Origin: Azolla caroliniana
Taxonomy: Eukaryota; Plantae; Polypodiophyta
Assembly: GCA_043228905.1 (NCBI GenBank)
Contig: JBHGNT010000002.1
Span: 9,362,001-9,426,000, forward strand
Reading direction: 5' to 3'
DNA: 64,000 bases
Shown here: piece by piece, positions 48,995 to 59,305 of the stretch
Layout of the letters: the number at the start of each line of letters is the position of its first letter
How positions within the stretch are numbered: position 1 is the stretch's first letter
Made by a program: the position numbers and the translations under genes
The notes under the pieces: generated by a model
Told to the model about the DNA's origin: nothing
The model's input: only the letters and a program-made list of their open reading frames with translations
The model's database searches: none

Positions 48995-51900
48995 TTTCTG
49001 TGTTACCGTGCTCTGATACCAGTTTGTAAGGAATTTGATGCTATCCAATCTTTCTCCTCTCGGTCACAACCGAGACAACACGGATCAATGCAGCAGAAAA
49101 TGGGGAAAAACACAGAGAGAGATGAATACACAGGGTATAACGTGGAAAACCCTCAACGGGAAAAACCACAGGAGTGCACGACTCCAACTATCACTATACA
49201 CTGGAATATACAATGGCGAGCTGCAAGGCGACGACCTTGAGCTCGCTGTCCTCGCCACAGGCGGCGGTATTACACAGAGGCGTCGACCTCTTCGTTTCTC
49301 TCTCTAGCGGCTGCTCTCACTTCGCTCCCTCTAAGTAAAACAGAAAAATGAGCAACAACAAAACTGTTTGCCCTAAGTCATATTTATACACATATGACTT
49401 TCGGGCTATTTACAAATATAGCCTCAAGGGCTCTTGGCAAAACATATTAAAAAATATGTCCCCGCATCCGGATCTCCCTCCGGGTACATTCGTCATCCGG
49501 CTCCGTAGCCGGGGTCTTCAGCATCCGGCTCCGTAGCCGGGGTATTCATCATCCGGCTCCGTAGCCGGGGTCTTCATCATCCGGCACCGTAGCCAGGGTC
49601 TTCGTCATCCGGCTCCGTAGCCGGGGTCTTCAGCATCCGGCTCCGTAGCCGGGGTATTCATCATCCGGCTCCGTAGCCGGGGTCTTCATCATCCGGCACC
49701 GTAGCCAGGGTCTTCGTCATCCGGCTCCGTAGCCAGGGTCTTCGTCATCCGGCTCCGTAGCCGGGGTATTCATCATCCGGCACCGTAACAGCAACCGGGC
49801 TTGCCGTCATTCATCTCCGGACATCCCATCCGGAGGGACCGAAATCCCAACAGATGTGGATGGCGGTGGCGCAATGGCCTACTCTTTTAGCACCGCCGGT
49901 AGAGCTGATGCAACCAAAGAAGCGGGGGCGACCTACTGAATCAACCCCATACCAATCTTCGAAAAGGCAACAACTACTCGCTAAACAATCGATCGGATGG
50001 AAAGCGGCCGGCTCCTCACAGAAGGCAAAGGAGTAGCCTAGTTGGAAGCATACGACAGAGAAGGAAACACCTGTGAAACCACCAGTGAGGCCCTTAAAAG
50101 TTAAGCTGCGCTAGCCCGAACAACAGTCGGCACAACAACAGGAGCAAGACCCCTTGGCGGCGTTAATCAATAGCGGAACCCTAGCAGAGGAGTAGGAAGA
50201 AGAACCTGTTGAGCCCCTACTATGTTGCAAACAGACATGCAACGAGGGCCACAAAGGGGGGGAATCAAGTCTGGTAAGGCACAATATACCAAAGCCCCGC
50301 CCCGAGGAGCCGCAACCAAGGAAGGAATCAGAACCAGTTCAACCAGATCCGGTGTTAGTAGCACCTATGCCGCAAGAAGTAGTCGAACCGGATGTTCAAA
50401 GACCAGTGATTGAATTGTCGGTGTCGCCGACGCAGCAACAACAACAAGAACAGGAACTACTACTAACCACCCAGAATAGGTTCCCGACGAGTGGGGAAGC
50501 TACACCATGCCTAGAACCGGCATGCAACAAAGCAACAATAGCCAATGGCTATGGTGGATAGGAGAACAAGTGGTTGGGGTGGTGTGCCACATAGAAGCGA
50601 AGGAGAGAGCACACGTGGACCGGTTGCTCGCCACAACCGAAGAATTAGAGAAGGCCCGGTTGAGAATCCGGAGCATGGAACAAGAAATGGAAAAGACCAG
50701 GGAAGAGGTGGTTAAGGTGGTCATCGAAGGACTAACAAAACAATTAGATCCGGTGGCACCGGTGAGTGTACAAACTAATAAGACCCCGGTGATTGAAACA
50801 GTCCTAAATATGAATAAGGCATAGGAACAAGAACTCGCCACACTGAAAGAAGAATTGGTAGCCCAAGAGGCCTTAAGGGCTAGAGAACGTGAAGGGAAGA
50901 AGGCGGCAGAGGTAGAACAAAAGAAATTAGCCGAAAGCCTCCGGCGAGCCGAAGAAAGCCTGCAAAAAGGTCATCAAGCATATAACCGACTAAAGGAAGA
51001 AAAAGAAAAACTCCTGCACGAAAAGGACAAACTTTGGTGCTCGGCGGAAGTAGAGATCGAGCAACTCAAAGAAGAGCTTCGACAACAAAAAGACCGGGAG
51101 GACCGTGCTCGCCGTCTGATCAATCAAAGGCTGAAACAAAAAACGGACGACTTTGATCGGCCGCACCGGGATCACAAACACTTGGATGCGTAACACCAAC
51201 AATTGATCATGGAAAGTGACCGGCAACAGGAGAAGTTACGGGAACTTCGGGATGAGGTTAACCGGACAGTAACGGCCTTGGCAGAGGAACAGTCGAAGGG
51301 GGTTGAAGCAGCCAAAAGACTGGTGGAATCGGTGAAAGAGCGGATGGAACTAACCCGGCAACACTCTGAGGCAATGGAAGACGCTACAATGGCTCTGAAC
51401 AAAGTGTAGACTACTTATCAGACACAACTCATGCATTACAGAAGCCAAGAAGTGGCAACCGCGAGCCTTATCAAACAATTGAAAGAAAAAAAATAGGCCG
51501 AGGAGAATAAGTTGAAGATGGGGTGGGGCGAATCCGTGATCTGGTGCGGACATGGAGAGACCAGACGAAGAGACTGGTGGAAGAAAGATCGGTTCACTGG
51601 TGGTCTCAATGGGCTAAGCAGGCAGCGGAGTTACAATTGTTGAGAGCGGATGCGGAGAACTGGAGGAAGGACGACAATGATTTCTATAAACTGGACGAAG
51701 AGAACATTGTAGCCAGAAGGGAGGAATTGTCGGACGACTTCCTATCGTTAGTCGGTGACCAATTGGCAGGGGTGAGGCAATTGGTGGAACAACTGGATGA
51801 CGACCAGCTAGATACACAACTCCAGTTCAAATGGTATGAACGAGAATGGCGACGGCAAGAGGTAGCTAGAAGAACTACGGCGATCAATATCAGTGATGAA

Positions 51901-53283
51901 GAGCAGTCTTCGGAGCAAGCGCCGAATGAAGCCGGATCTGGGGGAAGCCAACTGAATGAAACTCTAGAGAAGTAGCTGAAGGAGGAAAACCTGCAGACTG
52001 GTAACCATCAGCAGGAGGAGCCCAAACCGACAGAACTAGAACCGGAAGCCTCGAGACCAGTAGAACTGGCGAGACCAAAGGAGCCGGAGCAACAACAGAA
52101 GGAGCGGCAGCCGACAGAGCAACTCCCCGATGAGCCTTTAGAACCCTTGGACTAGAGCATTTCAGACATTTTGGAGGAAGATTGAAGGGCGAACCGTGGG
52201 ATTCGACGTACAAGGTATTGTCCCATGGGCGTGCCATGTGTTGACCAACAAAGACTTACAAGCTGGATAAAGTCCAGAATGGGAAAGGGATATTTATTTT
52301 AGAACTATCTATAATTATTATATTTTGAGAAGTGAACAGAAGGACCTAGATTTGATATGCCAATCCGGATCTGGACCGGTTTGTGGCCAGTTGTCGGTTG
52401 GCACCGGTTCGTACCCAGAGCCGGTGACCTATAAAAGGACCCGGTTAGATTCTAATCAATTAGCTATTTATTAATGAAAGTGTTGTTGTTCTATATCTTG
52501 TTTAATCTTTGAAGCTTTAGTTAATTACCCTTCTGTGCTTAATAGAATCTATCTTATGCGTGTATTGAGATCATTAACCACACCAACTAATAGCCGGTTA
52601 GGAATACGTTTGTATCACGGTCTACGCCTACCCCACTTGCACCACCCTTTGGTGAAGTTTCCTAGAGGGACACCCAGTGTTAGGGCTAGTCGTGTCCCAA
52701 GGAGTAACAAAAAAATCCTAAGAAATCGAAGCATAAGAGGCAATTAGAATAAAAATGAATAAAAAAAATTCAACTGATTCGCTATTAGTAAGTGAAGTAA
52801 CAAAATATCTGCTAGAATTGTGGAAGTCTTATCAATAGAATTGTCATTTCTCTGAGATCTGGGCATAGTCAATTCCAAATTCTTTCTCTCAGATTCCACT
52901 TATTGTTGTATTAATCGGGATTACTAATAAAATAATGCTTTTGGCTTTTTGCGGTACGAGGAAGCTTTACCCTACCGAATCGCACCATCCCTATGATATG
53001 TAGAAGCTTTCCTCTCTCTTTCAGTGGTTGGCAAAACTTGTAACAAAATATCTGCTAGAATTGTGGAAGTCTTATCAATAGAATTGTCAATTCTCTGAGA
53101 CCTAGGCATAGTCAATTCCAAATTCTTTTTCTCTCACATTCCAGTTATTGTTGTATTAATCGGGATTACTAATAAACTAATGCTTTTGGCTTTTGGCGGT
53201 ACAAGAAAGCAATAAGTACGCCACACATCATTTATGTATTTGAATTTGCAACTAGACATTAAAAACTTTAGATATGGGAGTAC

Positions 53284-53485
53284 CGAGGATACGCCAGGAC
53301 GAACAATGGTTCGCCATGGCGCTAATGGGTGGTTTTTCCATGGTGGAAAATAATCAAGTAACAGTACTGGTCAACGAAGCGGAACAGGCTACCGAAATTG
53401 ATCTTGACGAAGCTCAAAGGTGTTTTCAGATAGCTCAGGTTGACTTGGCAAAAGTGGAAGGCAAGAAGAGTGTTATAGAGGCTAG
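53284..53485 (+). pseudogene. atpE: Plastid ATP synthase epsilon fragment
   Basis: QWFAMALMGGFSMVENNQVTVLVNEAEQATEIDLDEAQ. Confidence 0.92.
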
Positions 53486-54139
53486 CAATTCCAAAAATTG
53501 CTCACGTAACGAGAGATTATCCAATTGGTCTTCCAGTTTTTTAATATATCTTTGTCTCAACCTACCTAAAGCTCTCTCATAACCGAAAAGATATCCTTTT
53601 TTATCATATGATCTATTTTCACTATACTTAATCCTATTCAATTCAAAATCCCGTTGGGGTATTTTATTCTGACTTTGGTAAAGGAGGATTATATTATACA
53701 AATTATTCAATTCAGATAATACTCTTATCAATTTGTAAGTACCATTTCGCATGAAACTCATGCGCCAAGCCTTGGGGGACTAAGCAATTTCACGCGATAC
53801 TTCCATCGGAATTGAGTCGATTTCGAGTGACTGTTTCATTCAAAGGGTTAAGCTATTAAACACCCCTATTCACGTAGATTTGGAGGAACAAACTGCATAG
53901 GTTATATCCGAATAGTAACTGGGTTCCGTAGAAAAAGGAAAGGAAAAACTTTGATTGGATTGATTTCTGCTTCTACATATTTCTGAACATGGGAAATCTT
54001 TCGAGAGGTTTTCTAGAACGCCAGAAGCTAGGTTAAAACCATTCTCTACAACTTTATCAAGAATAATGCAATTTTCTTTCTTTCCCATATCCTATTCAAA
54101 CGAATCGCGGGCCGCTAATCCAGCTAGTAGCCTTCGGAG

Positions 54140-54335
54140 CAACTCCCTCAGATTTTGCACTTGCTGTACTTACTCCTCCAACTTCTTCTGGCAGGGCTCT
54201 ACGCATGGCAATTCCCACAGTACTTGATTGACCCTTTTCAAAGGGGGAAACGACGAGTTGGTTGTGATGAAGACGCTTACTTTCCGTCCTGAATTCAACA
54301 CATTTCCATTGAATTGCCTGGGTAGAGGTACTCGT
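54140..54335 (-). pseudogene. rpoA: Plastid RNA polymerase alpha N-terminal fragment
   Basis: IQWKCVEFRTESKRLHH...SPFEKGQSSTVGIAMRRALPEEVGG. Confidence 0.9.
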
Positions 54336-54597
54336 CAATCTCCTCTCTATCCGATCCGTTTCGCGCCTCATGCAAAAGTGAGAAACTCATTAGCAAATCT
54401 ATCCATAAATTTGATAGGTTTTTTGTTTTTCTATCCGTGCTATAAAGAAAGATTGAAAAATGAGTTCAAAACATTCTAATTTTTTTGTAAATTCTTTCGT
54501 ACCTAAGAACAACTGAAAGTAATTTTGTACTCTATCTCTTAAGAGTAATTGAATGACGAGAAGCCGTACGAGGTGGGAATCTCACGTACGGTTCTGT

Positions 54598-54968
54598 AAA
54601 AACACGACAAGTCTAGGGAGATGTTGTGGTGTAACAATCACTCCCTAGATTTTCTGTGTGCATGTCAATGAACTACTAGGGTTCTAATTTGGAAATAATC
54701 CCAAAGTTAAAGATCCATCAATTGGTAGAGTTGCTCCTATGCCTAACCAAACAGCAACCGTAGTACCAATAACAAAAACTGTTGTAGCTACCGGACGTCG
54801 AAACGGATTTTGAAATATATTAACATTCTCAATGAAGGGTACTGTTAACAAACCTACGGGTGTACCGCCGCCATCAAAAGTACACCTAATAATTTATTCT
54901 GAACTATACGAAGTATTTGGAACACGGGAAAAAAATACCATTCAGGTGATATTTCCAAAGGAGTTGTA
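54598..54968 (-). pseudogene. petD: Plastid petD 3' part plus stem-loop (copy 2)
   Basis: [34 protein letters not shown]; reverse complement of 33018-33380. Confidence 0.96.
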
Positions 54969-55023
54969 AAAAGAGTATACCCAGAGTGGCTACCAGTAGA
55001 AATGTATAAACCAGTGCTTCCAT
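54969..55023 (-). pseudogene. psbT: Plastid PsbT N-terminal fragment
   Basis: [18 protein letters not shown]. Confidence 0.93.
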
Positions 55024-55187
55024 GGATTCGTCCGCCGTGGAGAGGCAACGAGTGAGTGATGGAGAAAGTCTAGGGGCTTTCCCCAAACCCAAAGAGAGGC
55101 TTCTAGTCGATTTGGGAAGGAAAAAATGGAATTTCGGTGTCGGTTCGACTTTGTTTAACAGGCACGTATGTGTATCCATAGAATTGA

Positions 55188-55290
55188 TGTTGCAGTCGCC
55201 GAAGCTGCCATTGGCTTAGCCCTTGCTCTCATTATTTGGCGAAACAGAAGATCGACTCCTATCGATCAATTCGATTTGTTAAAATGGTAA
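55188..55290 (+). pseudogene. ndhE: Plastid NdhE C-terminal fragment
   Basis: [32 protein letters not shown]. Confidence 0.9.
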
Positions 55291-55519
55291 TCGATTGATC
55301 AGTATGGATTTTCTCTCGGATCCAATCAAATCTGTACCCGATTCAGTAATAGATGTTAGTGTCAAACGAACCGTGTCATTGATCCCTATTCCTTCCATCT
55401 CTCTTTTGTGAGCAACATGAGTCAGGAACGAGTCAATAAAACAACAAAAAAGGTTGTGGTCTAGGGGTGGATTGAACCGTGCAAATCCTGTACATGGGAC
55501 GTGGGATGTATCCCAGACG

Positions 55520-55636
55520 ATTCCCCTATGCAAATATCGTAGTACTGGTTCACAATCATCAACATTTTCTGCATCCAGAGTGACAATAACCCGAAGAACA
55601 CCATGCATCGATGGGTGGTGAGGACCCATACTTATC
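55520..55636 (-). pseudogene. ndhH: Plastid NdhH N-terminal fragment
   Basis: [38 protein letters not shown]. Confidence 0.93.
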
Positions 55637-56773
55637 AAATAAGTCATAAATAATCTCCCTTTCTCGTATTATATAGAAAAAGGGAGTCTAAGCACCGATG
55701 TCCGCAAGGAAGGGTCCAAGCCATAGCAAGTGAGAAGCTATTCGGCTTATTTCAAGCATTATCACACGCATATAACTAGCCCTTTCAGGTACTCGGATAT
55801 TTGCCAATCTTTCCGATGCGTTGACAGCCACTACCTTCGTAAACATGGTTGCTAGGTAATCCCAATTTTATTTCTTCTCAGTAGATGTCACAAAATGTAG
55901 TTTCCATAGAAAAAAAGACTTCTTCTATAGTAATGCATGTTATACAATAGGAAATATTATGGACTTTTTTATTGTCGTTCCTTCAATCTCCGAATATTCA
56001 TATTTTTGAGAACTTTCTTATATGAAACGGGATCTCAATTCAATAGATAGATAAGAAGATGTTTCTGCTTGCCCAGCACCCTCCATAAACCTCTTTGGGA
56101 TGAATAATCTTTGGGATGTAGTTCTAGATGAGATGTTAGTTTCGAGACTCGATAATTCAAATTGCTAATTTGGATCGCACTCAGAGGTAAGGCATTCCCG
56201 GTCGAAATAGACAATCTTTTTTCACCATCTATGTAGTTAATTAAACAAATATATGCATTTCGATTCAGATCGTATTCTACACTTGCTACTGCTCCCTATC
56301 AAGAAAGGTATAAACGAATCTCGCTTTCTCGGAAGAGTCAACGGGGGTATCGGTGGTACTAATTCCGAGGTTTCTCAGGAAGAGGTACAAGAATTTGGAA
56401 TCAATCAACATCTTTTTTCAAATTGGGTGATACCTCTGGTATCTACCTCAATTCTTTCTAATATTGTGATGAAACGAGGGAAGGAGAAGCAAATAGTGCC
56501 TTCGCCAGCGTAGTCGCTTCAATAACAAAATATATCTTTTTTGGTTGTTATACTTTTGTAAAAAAGATTGTTTCATTCCTTCAGAAGCTTTTGACAGATC
56601 AAATCAACCAAAGAAATTACCCGAAGATATAGAAAAAATGCCTATTAGGAACGAAAAAACTCTTAAAAATTCTCTACTATGTAGTAATAGTTTCTATCAA
56701 CTTATTTATATTCCATCCATCTTGCAGGAGTGTAGATTCTATCATAGATAGGTAGGAATAAGGGAAAATCTAG

Positions 56774-56845
56774 GCCCCTTTAACTCAGTGATAGAGTACC
56801 GACATGGTAAGGCGTAAGTCATTGGTTCAAATCCAATAAGGGGCT
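56774..56845 (+). tRNA. trnT-GGU: Plastid-derived tRNA-Thr(GGU) pseudogene
   Basis: GCCCCTTTAACTCAGTGATAGAGTACCGACATGGTAAGGCGTAAGTCATTGGTTCAAATCCAATAAGGGGCT. Confidence 0.92.
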
Positions 56846-57376
56846 GGTCAAACAAAGATACCATAAAGAAAACATCATTTATATCATTTCGAGGGAAGTC
56901 TCTAAACCAGAGCCAGTATAAGTTACGAGGGAAATAAAAAAAGCCTACTTATGCAAAAACCTAAAGATGCTGGCACAAAATGAGTTATTTCACGAGATAC
57001 CAGGATTTTTTCATAAAACTTGAAACAAACTACCAGATTCTTTGAACAAATCCTTTTCTGTGAACAAATACTTTTTTCTATTCACTTACGACTCTACTAA
57101 AGGAAATCTAAATACCGCTAGAATTAGCGACAGATTGATAGGTGAAAATGTGGTATGGCTGGCTCATCCAGCCAGTGGTGAAGCTCACTACGAGACTAGC
57201 TCTTCTTTCATTTGACTATTTCCATCGATAGATTGAGTAACATCAAAATATAGAGTACCAGAAGGTTTTTAGCTCCCGCTTAATATCTTACCTTCTGTTG
57301 GTACAATGAGAATCTCACCGAATGAGGATTGGATGGTACAAACAACCCATTTTTGATACCCGAGGGAATTAGAATT

Positions 57377-57556
57377 ACGACTATAGCTTTTCAATTGACT
57401 TTATTTGCACTAATCACCATATCATTCTTACTAGTTGTTGGTGTACCTGTTGCGGTCGCATCTCCTGATGGTTGGTCCAGCAATAAAAATTTTGTATTTT
57501 CGAGGGCTTCGTTATGGATCGGATTAGTAGGTATACCTAATTCCTTTATTTCCTAA
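57377..57556 (+). pseudogene. psbZ: Plastid PsbZ, nearly complete, with ACG start codon
   Basis: [44 protein letters not shown]...[15 protein letters not shown]. Confidence 0.93.
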
Positions 57557-57888
57557 ACATTAATAATCCCAGTACTCTAGAACTTACTATCGCGGGTAGA
57601 GACGCAATAAATATAGTTAAGGAGTTACAGAGTAGCTTTTCGCCTCAATTTATCTCGAAAGTGTATTGGTTGTTCTGTAACAAATGAATAGATTTCCCAG
57701 TAAGTACTTGATTTTTCAATTTATCCGTAGTATCTCCCTTGTCGTTCCTTTATTCTCTTTTTCTCGCCTTTAATAGTTCTTGTATAGTCTACAAAATTGA
57801 AAAGGTTAAAAATACACATTAAAATTTTCTAATTATTCTATTCTAGAATATTTATATGTCTACTATTCTTACTTTCTTTTTTTCTATT

Positions 57889-57962
57889 TGCATCCAACAG
57901 GAGTTGAACCTATGAATTCCCCAATTATGAGTTGGGTGCTTTAACCGTTCAGCCATGGATGC
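57889..57962 (-). tRNA. trnI-CAU: Plastid-derived tRNA-Ile(CAU) pseudogene
   Basis: Reverse complement GCATCCATGGCTGAACGGTTAAAGCACCCAACTCATAATTGGGGAATTCATAGGTTCAACTCCTGTTGGATGCA. Confidence 0.92.
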
Positions 57963-58222
57963 TATATCCATTACTAGTATCTTGATAAGTCTTTTAGGCT
58001 TGCTGAATGGTTCATTTGTAATTTCTACCTAAATAGAAAGAAATTGAAATTGTTTTCAGTCTGAAAGTATAGAATGTTCCGTAATCAATCAAGTTTTCTT
58101 TTAAGTGGACGACATTAATAGCTTGACCTCATGATAGAGGCACGTCAATTTCAAATACCCGTACTTTTCACTTTTACAGGGGTATTTTTTCAAATGGGAA
58201 GGAAGATCCGACCGATTCGCCA

Positions 58223-58500
58223 ATTGTGGTGAAACGAGGGAAGGAGAAGCAAATAGTGCCTTCACTACTAAAACAACAGATAAAAAAAGATGAGGTGGGT
58301 TTTACAAACATTAAGGTTCAGCTAAGTAATTTCTTGGATCAGAATGATATTCTTGCTATTTATGAAAATTACAAATATCAAACTTCCCTTTCGGGAATAA
58401 TCAAATATGGTACTGTAAGGGTTGAAGCCAGTAGCAGAAACATATTTGTCTCCAACGACAGGAAAGAAAGAAAGAATGGCTCCTGGTACAAAGTAACTCA
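58223..58500 (+). pseudogene. rpoC2: Probable plastid RNA polymerase beta'' fragment
   Basis: NDILAIYENYKYQTSLSGIIKYGTV resembles the RpoC2 ILAxFDDPRYRxxSSGIxKYGT motif. Confidence 0.65.
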
Positions 58501-58774
58501 AGGAGGCAACTCCTACGGATACACGGCTTTAGCGCTTCATTCACCCAGTCTATTCTGTCAAAACTTACTTTCTTTATAATACAAACCAACACTGGGGGAA
58601 GGTTCAATCCCTCCCCTCTATATCAATAACATGGTTCACCTCGTCGTGAGGTTACTTCCCTTTCCCATCTCTTTCTTGCTAAGAATTGCCATGAATGCAA
58701 GAGACTGCCCTGGGTAAAAAGTGCCGAGGAAAGGGATTCGACGGAAGAGAAAGGGAACGAGATTGTTTAAAGCT

Positions 58775-59090
58775 GGAGAAACGGAATAACCATCTACTAT
58801 CTCGGAAGAAAGAATGACCAACTATCACACCAAAAATTCCAGTGGATGAGATCAGTTGAGTGGTATCGGTTGGGGATGGAATTGCATGTGTTTATGGATC
58901 GAACAAGATTCAAGCAAGAGAAATGATAAGAATTTGCCAGCGGTGTGAAAGGAATGGCTTCGAATTTTCAGAATGAGAATGTAGGAATTGTTATATCTAG
59001 TAGTGATACCACCATTAAAGAAGGAGATATGGTCAAGCACACTGGATCTATAATTTGTGGACGTTCTTGTAGGAAAGGCCATGCCGGGTA
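58775..59090 (+). pseudogene. atp1: Mitochondrial ATP synthase alpha N-terminal fragment
   Basis: Across frameshifts: [43 protein letters not shown]...NENVGIV...[15 protein letters not shown]; mitochondrial type (FASGVKG), not plastid atpA. Confidence 0.85.
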
Positions 59091-59094
59091 GCTT

Positions 59095-59305
59095 GAATAC
59101 TTTCAAGAAAAACCGGAAAAGACTTTACCTCCCATTGGTACAAAAGAAGAATCATGCTTATTACCAGAGATAGTAATGAGATTCTATAAAGAAATTTTTT
59201 GTCTCTTCCTTTATCCAATAAATTAGTGGCAATAATCATGATTAAGCCGAGAATCAATATAGATTCTCCAAGAATTGGCAAATCAACGAATGAAAGTGAA
59301 AAATA
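59095..59305 (-). pseudogene. ndhB: Plastid NdhB N-terminal fragment
   Basis: ILGESILILGLIMIIATNLLDKGRDKKFLYRISLLSLVISMILLLYQWE. Confidence 0.75.

Larger units (their letters stand above)
44111..49852 (-). mobile_element. Very young full-length Tnt1/Tork-like Copia 'CoE'
   Basis: LTRs 44111-44910 and 49025-49852; TSD GATGT at 44106-44110 and 49853-49857; PBS TGGTATCAGAGC at 49021-49010; PPT GAAGGGGGAGTT. Confidence 0.98.
43579..51975 (+). pseudogene. GyG extra ORF downstream of pol (43579-44110 plus 49858-51975): globular N-terminus, KKRGRP, coiled-coil C-terminus
   Basis: MPEERTDVL...ITEEAIRNMIGLPKGG...SVKDGKK|MWMAVAQ reads through the CoE insertion site; E/K/Q-rich heptad-like ORF pieces at 50507-51975; several stops. 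Confidence 0.7.
37125..52709 (+). mobile_element. Full-length degenerate non-chromovirus Gypsy 'GyG' with an extra 3' ORF, containing nested CoE
   Basis: 471-bp LTRs 37125-37595 and 52239-52709 (TGTTGAC..GTAACA); TSD AAAAA; gag ~37680-39400, PR ILDRGLGVN, RT IDYRKLN 40681-41286, RNase H FVDASDIAIG, INT 42008-43180. Confidence 0.93.
52710..59305. other. Scrambled organellar mosaic, block 3
   Basis: atpE, rpoA, petD, psbT, ndhE, ndhH, trnT, psbZ, trnI, rpoC2, mitochondrial atp1 and ndhB fragments. Confidence 0.95.

Noticed and set aside
53490-53761. Possible ycf2/ycf1 fragment (also ~34222-34410)
   Set aside because: Looks organellar, but I cannot assign a gene from motifs alone.
58592-58622. 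GGTTCAATCCC T-arm-like motif
   Set aside because: No matching acceptor stem or D arm; too short to call a tRNA.
27505-59305. Mosaic as a genuine plastome or mitogenome segment, or as functional genes
   Set aside because: Pieces are truncated, out of order, carry stops and C>T decay, and are interrupted by nuclear LTR elements with TSDs.
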